The notes below the pieces were generated by a model. That model was not told the DNA's origin, made no database searches, and was given only the letters and a program-made list of their open reading frames with translations. DNA of 64,000 nucleotides from Bacteroidales bacterium (GTDB taxonomy: Bacteria > Bacteroidota > Bacteroidia > Bacteroidales > F082), in assembly GCA_016284305.1 (NCBI GenBank), contig JAEEON010000036.1, positions 30,735 to 94,734 of the forward strand. The letters run 5' to 3'. The first letter of the stretch is position 1; the number at the start of each line of letters is the position of its first letter. The translations under genes and the position numbers were made by a program. This document shows positions 27,161 to 34,981 of the stretch, one piece after another.

Positions 27161-28102
27161 ATGAAAATAGATTCTAAGATATATGTGGCTGGCCATCGTG
27201 GTATGGTGGGGTCTGCCATCGTCAGAGAGTTGCAACGGCAAGGCTATAACAATATAATAACTCGCACGCATAAGGAAATGGACCTGTGCCGACAGGACCA
27301 AGTGGAGGCTTTCTTTGAACAAGAGAAACCTGAATATGTATTCCTGGCTGCTGCCAAAGTTGGTGGAATCGTTGCGAATCAGTCAGCCTTGGCCGATTTC
27401 ATGTACGATAACATGATTTTGGAGATGAACGTCATCCACTCAGCCTGGAAAAACGGCTGCAAGAAGCTGGAATTCCTTGGCTCATCGTGTATCTATCCGC
27501 GTATGGCACCGCAACCCATGACGGAATCATGCCTGCTCACGGGTGAACTGGAGAAAACCAATGAGGCATATGCCCTGGCTAAGATCAGCGGTCTGAAATA
27601 CTGCGAATTTCTCAATCGTCAATATGGTACGGATTTCATTTCGGTGATGCCTACCAATCTCTATGGCCCGAATGACAATTATCATCCTGAACACAGTCAC
27701 GTGCTCCCAGCATTGATTCGCCGTTTCCATGAAGCCAAAGTAAACGGACTCAAAGAAGTGGTTTGCTGGGGCGATGGCTCCCCATTACGCGAATTCCTCT
27801 ATGTTGATGACCTTGCCAACCTTTGCGTGTTTCTGATGAACCATTATTCAGGAAATGAGACTGTTAATGCCGGAACTGGTAAAGAGTTGACGATCAAGGC
27901 TCTAACCGAGCTTGTCGCTAAAGTTATTGGATACACTGGAGAGATCAAGTGGGATACTACGCGACCGAATGGCACACCACGGAAACTTCTCAATGTGAGC
28001 AAAGCAACCGCATTGGGCTGGACCTATAAGACTGAGCTTGAAGAGGGCATCCGTTTGGCTTATGACGACTTTTTGAATAACCCCATGAGGGCAGAACGAT
28101 AA
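27161..28102 (+). CDS. fcl: GDP-L-fucose synthase (GDP-4-keto-6-deoxymannose 3,5-epimerase/4-reductase)
   Basis: KIYVAGHRGMVGSAI, YALAKISGLKYC (YxxxK), NLYGPNDNY. Directly follows gmd. Confidence 0.95.
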   Translation: MKIDSKIYVAGHRGMVGSAIVRELQRQGYNNIITRTHKEMDLCRQDQVEAFFEQEKPEYVFLAAAKVGGIVANQSALADFMYDNMILEMNVIHSAWKNGCKKLEFLGSSCIYPRMAPQPMTESCLLTGELEKTNEAYALAKISGLKYCEFLNRQYGTDFISVMPTNLYGPNDNYHPEHSHVLPALIRRFHEAKVNGLKEVVCWGDGSPLREFLYVDDLANLCVFLMNHYSGNETVNAGTGKELTIKALTELVAKVIGYTGEIKWDTTRPNGTPRKLLNVSKATALGWTYKTELEEGIRLAYDDFLNNPMRAER

Positions 28103-28113
28103 TACTATCAACG

Positions 28114-29319
28114 ATGAAAACACGTAACATACCCTTCTCTCCACCGGACATCACTGAAGCTGAGATTCAGGAAGTGGCAGAGGCTCTGCGTTCTGGATGG
28201 ATCACCACAGGACCTAGGACGAAGGAATTTGAACGGCTTATTGCCAATAAATGCACAACCTCGAAGGCAGTATGTCTCAACAGCGCAACCGCTTGTATGG
28301 AAAGCATCCTTCGGGCATTGAACATCGGCCCGGGTGATGAGGTTATCACCTCGGCTTACACTTATACGGCTTCTGCCAGTGTGGTTTGCCATGTGGGGGC
28401 TACATTGCGATTGGTGGATACGCAACCGAACTCTTTCGAGATGGATTATGGGAAATTGGCGGATTCCATTAATGAAAACACCAAAGTCATCATCCCTGTT
28501 GATCTTGGCGGAGTCGTTTGTGACTATGACAAGATATTCGAGGTGGTGGAGAGTAAAAAGCATTTGTTTAAGCCCAACAATGATCTCCAAGCGGCCTTTG
28601 GTCGTGTCGTGGTATTGGCCGACGGTGCTCATGCTTTTGGCGCCGACTGGCATGGACGTCCCTGTGGTTCGATAGCTGACTTTACCTCGTTCAGCTTCCA
28701 TGCCGTCAAAAATCTCACCACTGCTGAAGGAGGGGCTTTGACATGGGTGGATAGGGAAGGAATTGATAATGAGGCTTTATACAAGCATTTCCAACTTCTT
28801 TCGCTTCATGGACAGAACAAAGATGCCTTGGCAAAGACGAAACTGGGTTCGTGGGAATATGACATCATCGCCCCCTATTATAAATGTAACATGACTGACG
28901 TGATGGCAGCCATCGGATTGGCTCAGTTTAAACGCTATCCATCTCTCCTGGCTCGACGCCGTCAGATCATCAATCAATATGATGAAGCTCTGAAGGGAAT
29001 GCCTGTTCAAGTGCTTGACCATTACGGAGACGATCATAATTCAACAGGACACCTTTATCTTACCCGTTTGCTTGGCAAAACGGTTGAGGAACGCAATGAA
29101 GTGATCGTGAAAATGGCTGAGCGCGGCATTGCTTGTAATGTGCATTACAAACCCTTGCCGATGATGACTGCCTATAGAGCTTTGGGATTTGATATCAAAG
29201 ACTATCCGAACGCTTTTAAGCAATATGAAAATGAGGTGACCCTGCCATTACATACTCGGCTCTCCGATGAGGATGTGGCATATGTGATTGAAAATTATTG
29301 CGATGTGATCGCAAAGTGA
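28114..29319 (+). CDS. DegT/DnrJ/EryC1/StrS family PLP-dependent sugar aminotransferase
   Basis: IPFSPPDITEAEIQEVAEALRSGWITTGP N-terminus. Schiff-base Lys in the FSFHAVKNLTTAEGG context. Confidence 0.9.
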   Translation: MKTRNIPFSPPDITEAEIQEVAEALRSGWITTGPRTKEFERLIANKCTTSKAVCLNSATACMESILRALNIGPGDEVITSAYTYTASASVVCHVGATLRLVDTQPNSFEMDYGKLADSINENTKVIIPVDLGGVVCDYDKIFEVVESKKHLFKPNNDLQAAFGRVVVLADGAHAFGADWHGRPCGSIADFTSFSFHAVKNLTTAEGGALTWVDREGIDNEALYKHFQLLSLHGQNKDALAKTKLGSWEYDIIAPYYKCNMTDVMAAIGLAQFKRYPSLLARRRQIINQYDEALKGMPVQVLDHYGDDHNSTGHLYLTRLLGKTVEERNEVIVKMAERGIACNVHYKPLPMMTAYRALGFDIKDYPNAFKQYENEVTLPLHTRLSDEDVAYVIENYCDVIAK

Positions 29320-29320
29320 G

Positions 29321-30496
29321 ATGACGAAGAAAGTATTTGTATCGGGGTGTTATGATCTGCTGCATAGCGGTCATGTGGAATTCTTTAGACAAGCTTCTCA
29401 GTTCGGCGATCTATATGTCGGGATTGGGTCAGATGCTACCATTCTTCATTATAAGGGACACAAGACGATATATAATGAGAAAGAACGTCTCTTCATGGTG
29501 AAGAGTATCCGTTATGTTAAGGATGCCTGCATCAACGAAGGTGATGGCTTCATGGATTTCGTTCCCACGCTAGATCTGGTAAGACCTGATGTTTTTGTGG
29601 TGAATGCCGATGGAGACTCTGATGCCAAGCGTAAGGTTTGCGAGGAAAAAGGCATTGAATATGTGGTGTTGGATCGAATACCCCATGAAGGACTCGAGGC
29701 GCGTTCCTCTACCGCATTGAAACAACAGACTTGTCAATTGCCCACCCGCCTTGACTTGGCTGGCACTTGGATCGATCAACCTTATGTGAGTTGTTTTGCA
29801 CCAGGATGGGCCATTACCATATCCCTTGAGCCTACCTTTGAAGTCCGTGAACGTTGCGGACTATCGACTTCTACCAGAAACATGATCAAGAAGATTTGGC
29901 CAATGAAGCTTCCTGACATGGATCCCGAAATCTTGGCTAAGCTGGTCTTCTGTTTTGAAAACGATCCCGAACGGAGCGATGGCATCATCAGTGGCGCCCA
30001 AGACTCCATCGGTATTTGTATGCCTGGATTGGTTCGTCATCACTACGACAACCGTTTTTGGCCGGATAAGATCGAGAGTTGTTATGATGAGAAGATATTG
30101 TCCTGGCTTGAGAACCATCTCTGTATGATTCCCATGGAACCCCGTAAGCCCGGTTGTTCTGTCGTTGAAGGGAAAGACATTACTGAAACCAAAGTAAAGG
30201 CATTGGCCAAGGCTGCAGACGAGTGTTGGACCGCCATCCTGAATCAAGACCTTGCGAAGTTTGCTTCTGCTTACAAAGCATCCTTCGATGCCCAAGTCGC
30301 CATGTTTCCGGCCATGATACAGGGATGTGTTCAACAATACATTGATTGCTATTCTGCTTTTCCTGAAGTGCTTGCTTGGAAAATGCCTGGGGCAGGAGGT
30401 GGAGGCTATTTGGCTTGTGTTGTCATCGATAGTAATGAGTTCTGTAGGAATCATAAAGAAGCTATTCCGTTGAAGATAAGACGGTATGAAAACTGA
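29321..30496 (+). CDS. Fusion protein: HIGH-type cytidylyltransferase-like nucleotidyltransferase + GHMP-kinase-like domain
   Basis: N-terminal VFVSGCYDLLHSGHVEFF (TagD/RfaE-II-like HxGH). C-terminal GHMP motif I-like PTRLDLAGTWIDQPY, degenerate motif II CGLSTST, intact motif III KMPGAGGGGYLACVV. Confidence 0.6.
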   Translation: MTKKVFVSGCYDLLHSGHVEFFRQASQFGDLYVGIGSDATILHYKGHKTIYNEKERLFMVKSIRYVKDACINEGDGFMDFVPTLDLVRPDVFVVNADGDSDAKRKVCEEKGIEYVVLDRIPHEGLEARSSTALKQQTCQLPTRLDLAGTWIDQPYVSCFAPGWAITISLEPTFEVRERCGLSTSTRNMIKKIWPMKLPDMDPEILAKLVFCFENDPERSDGIISGAQDSIGICMPGLVRHHYDNRFWPDKIESCYDEKILSWLENHLCMIPMEPRKPGCSVVEGKDITETKVKALAKAADECWTAILNQDLAKFASAYKASFDAQVAMFPAMIQGCVQQYIDCYSAFPEVLAWKMPGAGGGGYLACVVIDSNEFCRNHKEAIPLKIRRYEN

Positions 30497-31814
30497 AAAG
30501 ACTTTTGGCGTTATGAAGACATTAGAGAAGAAATACATCATTCCTTTTATCTTAGTGACAGCGTGTTTCGCTTTGTGGGGTTTTGCCAACGACATCACCA
30601 ACCCGATGGTCAAGGCTTTTTCAAAGATATTCCGTATGAGCGTAACCGACGGGGCACTGGTTCAGGTGGCTTTTTACGGTGGCTATTTCTGTATGGCACT
30701 CCCAGCAGCACTCTTTGTGAGAAAGCATTCCTATAAATCGGGATTGCTGATGGGATTGGGATTGTATGCTGTTGGCGCTTTCCTGTTCCTTCCTGCAAAA
30801 GCGTCTGGATCTTATTATCCATTTCTAATAGCCTATTTCATCTTGACATGTGGTCTTTCTTTTTTGGAAACCAGTGCCAACCCATATATTTTGTCGATGG
30901 GAGACAGAGAATCGGCCACTCGGAGGTTGAACCTGGCTCAAGCCTTTAATCCAATAGGTTCCTTGGCAGGTATGTTCGTCGCGATGAATTTCATCCAATC
31001 GAAGTTGAATCCACTCAGTACAGCTGAACGAGCTCTCCTGGATTCAGAGCAGTTTGAGGCGGTTAAGAATTCCGACTTGTCGGTGCTGAGCAAGCCTTAC
31101 GTAATTATCGGCATTGTGCTGGTCTTCATCTTTGTACTGATGTTGGTTCTGAAGATGCCCAAGACCGATGTGCCTCCTACGGATGATAATCGGTTTGGGC
31201 CAACGATCAAGCGCCTATGGAATAACAAGCGTTATCGTTACGGTGTCGTCGCCCAATTCTTTTATGTGGGCGTTCAGATCATGTGTTGGACCTTCATCAT
31301 CCAATATGGAACAAGGATTTTCATGCAGGAAGGGATGGCAGAGATGGATGCCGAAGTGTTATCGCAACGATACAACATCATTGCCATGGTCATTTTCTGC
31401 GTGAGTCGGTTTATATGTACCTTCCTTTTGAAGTATATCAAACCAGCAAAGCTGTTGGCGGTACTCGCTACTGTTGGCACTTTGCTCACGGTTGTAGTGA
31501 TCTTTGCTGACGGTAGGCTTGGCCTATATTCTTTAGTGGCGATTTCTGCATGCATGAGTTTGATGTTCCCGACAATATATGGTATTGCATTGGAGGAAGC
31601 TGGTGAGGATGCGAAATTGGGTGCTGCAGGGCTGATCATGGCTATCTTGGGGGGTAGTGTGATGCCTCCTCTCCAAGCTCGTATCATCGACATGGGCACA
31701 TTCTTGGGTAAACCTGCTGTGAATATGAGTTTTGTGGTGCCGATGGTCTGTTTTGTTGTCATCATTATCTATGGCGTATTTGTGGAAAGACAGAACAAAA
31801 AAATGATTGCTTAA
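30486..31814 (+). CDS. fucP: L-fucose:H+ symporter-type MFS permease
   Basis: 12-TM MFS. N-terminal YIIPFILVTACFALWGFANDITNPMVKAF resembles the FucP signature (YIIPF..L...FFLWa.AN.L). 11-nt overlap with the upstream gene; an alternative ATG at 30513 is possible. Confidence 0.8.
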   Translation: MKTEKTFGVMKTLEKKYIIPFILVTACFALWGFANDITNPMVKAFSKIFRMSVTDGALVQVAFYGGYFCMALPAALFVRKHSYKSGLLMGLGLYAVGAFLFLPAKASGSYYPFLIAYFILTCGLSFLETSANPYILSMGDRESATRRLNLAQAFNPIGSLAGMFVAMNFIQSKLNPLSTAERALLDSEQFEAVKNSDLSVLSKPYVIIGIVLVFIFVLMLVLKMPKTDVPPTDDNRFGPTIKRLWNNKRYRYGVVAQFFYVGVQIMCWTFIIQYGTRIFMQEGMAEMDAEVLSQRYNIIAMVIFCVSRFICTFLLKYIKPAKLLAVLATVGTLLTVVVIFADGRLGLYSLVAISACMSLMFPTIYGIALEEAGEDAKLGAAGLIMAILGGSVMPPLQARIIDMGTFLGKPAVNMSFVVPMVCFVVIIIYGVFVERQNKKMIA

Positions 31815-32137
31815 TGAAAAGATATTGTCAGGCATTGAACCTTGTGGATGACGAAGCGATGATTGCAAAGTATTGCGAAGCGCACGCTCATGTATGGCCA
31901 GAAATAATAGAGGGTCAAAGGCAGGTTGGAATTATAGATATGCAAATCTATCGTTTGGGCACCTCGCTTTTCATGATCTGTGATACCGTGGATGATTTCG
32001 ATTGGAATCGTGACATGGCTCGATTGTCAACCATGCCTCGTCAAGCTGAGTGGGAAGCTTATGTATCTCAGTTCCAAGGTTGTAGTCCAGAGGCTCGCAG
32101 CGATGAGAAATGGCAAATGATGGAACGGATTTTTTAA
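31814..32137 (+). CDS. RhaM-family (L-rhamnose/6-deoxy-L-hexose) mutarotase
   Basis: 107 aa. MKRYCQALNLVDDEAMIAKYCEAHAHVWPEI ... YRLGTSLFM ... W pattern matches the RhaM/DUF718 fold. TAATG overlap with fucP. Confidence 0.7.
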   Translation: MKRYCQALNLVDDEAMIAKYCEAHAHVWPEIIEGQRQVGIIDMQIYRLGTSLFMICDTVDDFDWNRDMARLSTMPRQAEWEAYVSQFQGCSPEARSDEKWQMMERIF

Positions 32138-32148
32138 AAAGGCATTTT

Positions 32149-33333
32149 ATGGAACAATCCCGCATCTACCTCTGCTTAGCCCACATGAGTGAATCCAATT
32201 TGGAGCAACACTATATCAAAGAAGCCTTTGATACGAACTGGATAGCACCGCTAGGTCCTAATGTAAATGGTTTCGAGGCCGATTTGGAGGCTTTTTTTGA
32301 TGATCGAAGAAAGGTCGTAGCCCTTTCGTCATGTACGGCTGCCATCCATCTTGCCTTGTTGGAACTTGGTGTTGGACAAGGAGATGAGGTGTTGTGCCAA
32401 TCGTTTTCATTTTGTGCATGTACAAATCCAGTCACCTATTGTGGTGCCAAACCTGTTTTTATTGACAGTGAGCCGGACACTTGGAACATGGATCCGAAAT
32501 TGCTTGAAATAGCCATCCAGGACCGAGTGGAAAAGACAGGCAGAAAACCAAAGGCTATTATTGTTGTAGATCTCTATGGGATGCCTGCCAACTGGGAGGC
32601 TATCGAAGCTGTCGGTCGCAGATACGATGTCCCAATTATCGAAGATGCCGCTAATGCGTTGGGTTCTTTTTATCAAGGCCAACCTTGTGGGCTGTTTGGT
32701 GAGTTGGGCACCCTCTCTTTCAATGGAAATAAGATGATAACCACAAGCGGGGGAGGAGCACTGTTGTGTGCAGATCCGCAAACAAAAAAGCACGTTGTCT
32801 TCATGTCAACGCAAGCCCGTGAGCCGTTTCCCTATTACCAACATGAAACGATTGGGTTCAACTACCGCATGAGCAATATCTGCGCCGGCATCGGTCGCGG
32901 ACAAATGACTATCTTGGAGAATCATCTTGCCCATCATAAACGCTTGCACCAACTATATCATGAATTGTTGCAAGGCGTGGATGGCATTGCTTTGCATGAA
33001 AACCCAGACAATCGCTATGATAGTTGTTTCTGGTTGAACAATATTACGATTGATCCGGAGTTGCATTTTATCGGGCAAATAGATCCCCACACCTCCTGCG
33101 AACCCAACCCTAACGTGGAAGCCTTGCGTGTCTATCTTGACCAACAAGGCGTCGAAGCCCGCCCACTGTGGAAGCCCATGCACAAACAACCTGTATATAA
33201 AGATGCCCCAGCATACGTCAATGGCATCTCGGAACAGCTCTTCAAAGTGGGCTTGTGCCTGCCAAGTGGCCCTTGCGTCAGTGACGAAAATGTTAAATTT
33301 ATCATAAAATGCATAAAAGATGCTCTAGTATAA
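32149..33333 (+). CDS. DegT/EpsN-like PLP-dependent aminotransferase
   Basis: Schiff-base Lys in LSFNGNKMITTSGGGALL. FNYRMSNICAGIG. ATG at 32149 (MEQSRIYLCLAHM) preferred over 32110. Confidence 0.85.
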   Translation: MEQSRIYLCLAHMSESNLEQHYIKEAFDTNWIAPLGPNVNGFEADLEAFFDDRRKVVALSSCTAAIHLALLELGVGQGDEVLCQSFSFCACTNPVTYCGAKPVFIDSEPDTWNMDPKLLEIAIQDRVEKTGRKPKAIIVVDLYGMPANWEAIEAVGRRYDVPIIEDAANALGSFYQGQPCGLFGELGTLSFNGNKMITTSGGGALLCADPQTKKHVVFMSTQAREPFPYYQHETIGFNYRMSNICAGIGRGQMTILENHLAHHKRLHQLYHELLQGVDGIALHENPDNRYDSCFWLNNITIDPELHFIGQIDPHTSCEPNPNVEALRVYLDQQGVEARPLWKPMHKQPVYKDAPAYVNGISEQLFKVGLCLPSGPCVSDENVKFIIKCIKDALV

Positions 33334-33343
33334 ATATTATTTG

Positions 33344-33351
33344 TATTTTTG
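33344..33351 (+). promoter_or_regulatory. Orphan Bacteroidota -7 box (TATTTTTG) between the locus end and its terminator
   Basis: Exact TAnnTTTG match 35 nt upstream of the terminator hairpin. No ORF follows before the terminator. Confidence 0.25.
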
Positions 33352-33385
33352 CACTCACATAAAGATAAATTCTAAGCTTTTTAGA

Positions 33386-33423
33386 GAGCGGATTTAGCTT
33401 CGGCTGGTCCGCTCATTTTTTTT
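33386..33423 (+). terminator. Rho-independent terminator closing the polysaccharide locus
   Basis: GAGCGGA (33386-33392) pairs with TCCGCTC (33408-33414), with a nested AGC-TTCG-GCT stem. Followed by T8 (33416-33423). Confidence 0.65.
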
Positions 33424-33465
33424 CATCAGTCCTTGAAAACACCAATCGTAATCCATTTTTATTTT

Positions 33466-33473
33466 TACCTTTG
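33466..33473 (+). promoter_or_regulatory. -7 promoter box TACCTTTG for the DUF3298-like lipoprotein gene
   Basis: Exact TAnnTTTG, 26 nt before the ATG at 33500. Confidence 0.45.
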
Positions 33474-33499
33474 TGCCATCAACAATAAACCTTCTAACC

Positions 33500-34291
33500 A
33501 TGAAAAAAGCCTTCTTATTCCTTTGTGCAGCATGTCTCCTCATGGGATGTGAACGTTCGCCTAAAGGTCCTGAAAATGCATTGAAAGTCAATACTATAAC
33601 CGTCGAGGATAGTGTTCAATTTCCACCTGAGGCCATTGAAGAATGGATGTACGATGACATGGCCTATTATCTTACCGTGGTTGATGCTCCAGTTACCGAA
33701 AATGAAGAGCTTCGGGATAACATCATCAACTGGATCAGCGAGTTCCTTAGTCCAAACTATGATGGCGACTCTCAAGATGTTAAGGCCATGGTTGAGTTCG
33801 ATCGTGATGAGTGCCTCGACATCAATACCGGCAGCCCTCAGTCGCGTCAACAAAACTTCATCAATATGATCGAAGATAGCGATCGCTATGTCACTTATAT
33901 TTGTGACAGCTACATCTATACCGGTGGCGCCCACGGAAGCTCCCTTAAAGAGGGAGCAACTTTTTTGAAGACCGACGGCACCCGCTTTACCTATGAGATG
34001 TTCAAGGATCCCGATGCTTTGGCAAATATCATCAAGGATGGGGTGGAGACTCAATATTACGCGTCGGTGTTGGAAGGTACTGACGTCCCATTTGAAGAAG
34101 CGCTCATAGAAGAAGCCCTTGATGATTTTCCTATGCCCATGACGGAGCCTTGGGTGGAAAATGACTCTATCTTCTTTATCTATATGATTTACGAGATCTC
34201 GGCCTACTCGCTTGGAATGCCACAATGTGGATTCCCATACCAAACGCTTAAAGAGCATCTGACCGACAAAGGCCTGTCTTTCTTTGAATAA
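33500..34291 (+). CDS. Lipoprotein, DUF3298/DUF4163-like
   Basis: Lipobox LLMGC. YIYTGGAHGS motif characteristic of DUF3298. ATG at 33500 (MKKAFLFLCAAC) preferred. Confidence 0.55.
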   Translation: MKKAFLFLCAACLLMGCERSPKGPENALKVNTITVEDSVQFPPEAIEEWMYDDMAYYLTVVDAPVTENEELRDNIINWISEFLSPNYDGDSQDVKAMVEFDRDECLDINTGSPQSRQQNFINMIEDSDRYVTYICDSYIYTGGAHGSSLKEGATFLKTDGTRFTYEMFKDPDALANIIKDGVETQYYASVLEGTDVPFEEALIEEALDDFPMPMTEPWVENDSIFFIYMIYEISAYSLGMPQCGFPYQTLKEHLTDKGLSFFE

Positions 34292-34306
34292 CCGTTGATT
34301 GCGGCG

Positions 34307-34981
34307 ATGAGTGGATTCGGAAAAGCCATGAAGTTCATGTTTGACCGAGTGATGTCATTCATCGGTTTGACCATTTTATGTTGGGTTTATCTTATCATCA
34401 TGATACTCATTAAGATACAGATGCCCGACGGACCGGTTTTCTTTACCCAGGAGCGAATTGGCAGGCAAGGTAAAAGGTTCAAGATACATAAATTCCGTAC
34501 CATGTATGTAGATCAGGAAGGTCCTTCGGTTGCCTATCCCATGGAAGGTCGCATCACTCCCCTTGGTGCCAAATTGCGGAGACTCAAGCTTGATGAGCTT
34601 CCAGAGCTATGGGATGTCTTCATTGGCAACATGAGTTTTGTGGGACCTCGCCCTGATGTGCCTGGCTATGCCGACTGCTTGGAAGGGGAGGACCGTGTCA
34701 TCCTTGAGCTTCGTCCGGGAATCACCGGACCTGCCACGTTGAAGTATCGTAACGAAGAAAAACTCATTATCGACTACGTGGAAAAGGCCAAAGCTGAAGG
34801 GGATCCTCGTCAGGAACAAGAAATCGCCGTTTGGTTCAATGACAACGTCATTTATCCTGATAAGGTTCGCATTAACAAGTATTATGCTCAGCACGCTACC
34901 TTTTGGCTGGATATGAAGATGATCTTTTACACCTTGTTGGGAAAAGATTATGATTGTCCTATGACAATTTCATGCTCTTGA
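34307..34981 (+). CDS. Small monotopic phosphoglycosyl transferase (bacterial sugar transferase), copy 2
   Basis: GPVFFTQERIGRQGKRFKIHKFRTM, RITPLGAKLRRLKLDELPELWDVFIGNMSFVGPRPDVPGY. The start could be the TTG at 34295 or the ATG at 34307. Confidence 0.85.
   Translation: MSGFGKAMKFMFDRVMSFIGLTILCWVYLIIMILIKIQMPDGPVFFTQERIGRQGKRFKIHKFRTMYVDQEGPSVAYPMEGRITPLGAKLRRLKLDELPELWDVFIGNMSFVGPRPDVPGYADCLEGEDRVILELRPGITGPATLKYRNEEKLIIDYVEKAKAEGDPRQEQEIAVWFNDNVIYPDKVRINKYYAQHATFWLDMKMIFYTLLGKDYDCPMTISCS

Noticed and set aside
24623-30613. Minus-strand ORFs of 150-250 aa opposite the GT4, gmd, DegT and fusion genes (for example 24623-25138, 25193-25669, 26302-26781, 28108-28701, 29861-30613).
   Set aside because: All lie antisense to confidently identified plus-strand genes in a co-directional operon. 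None has recognisable motifs.
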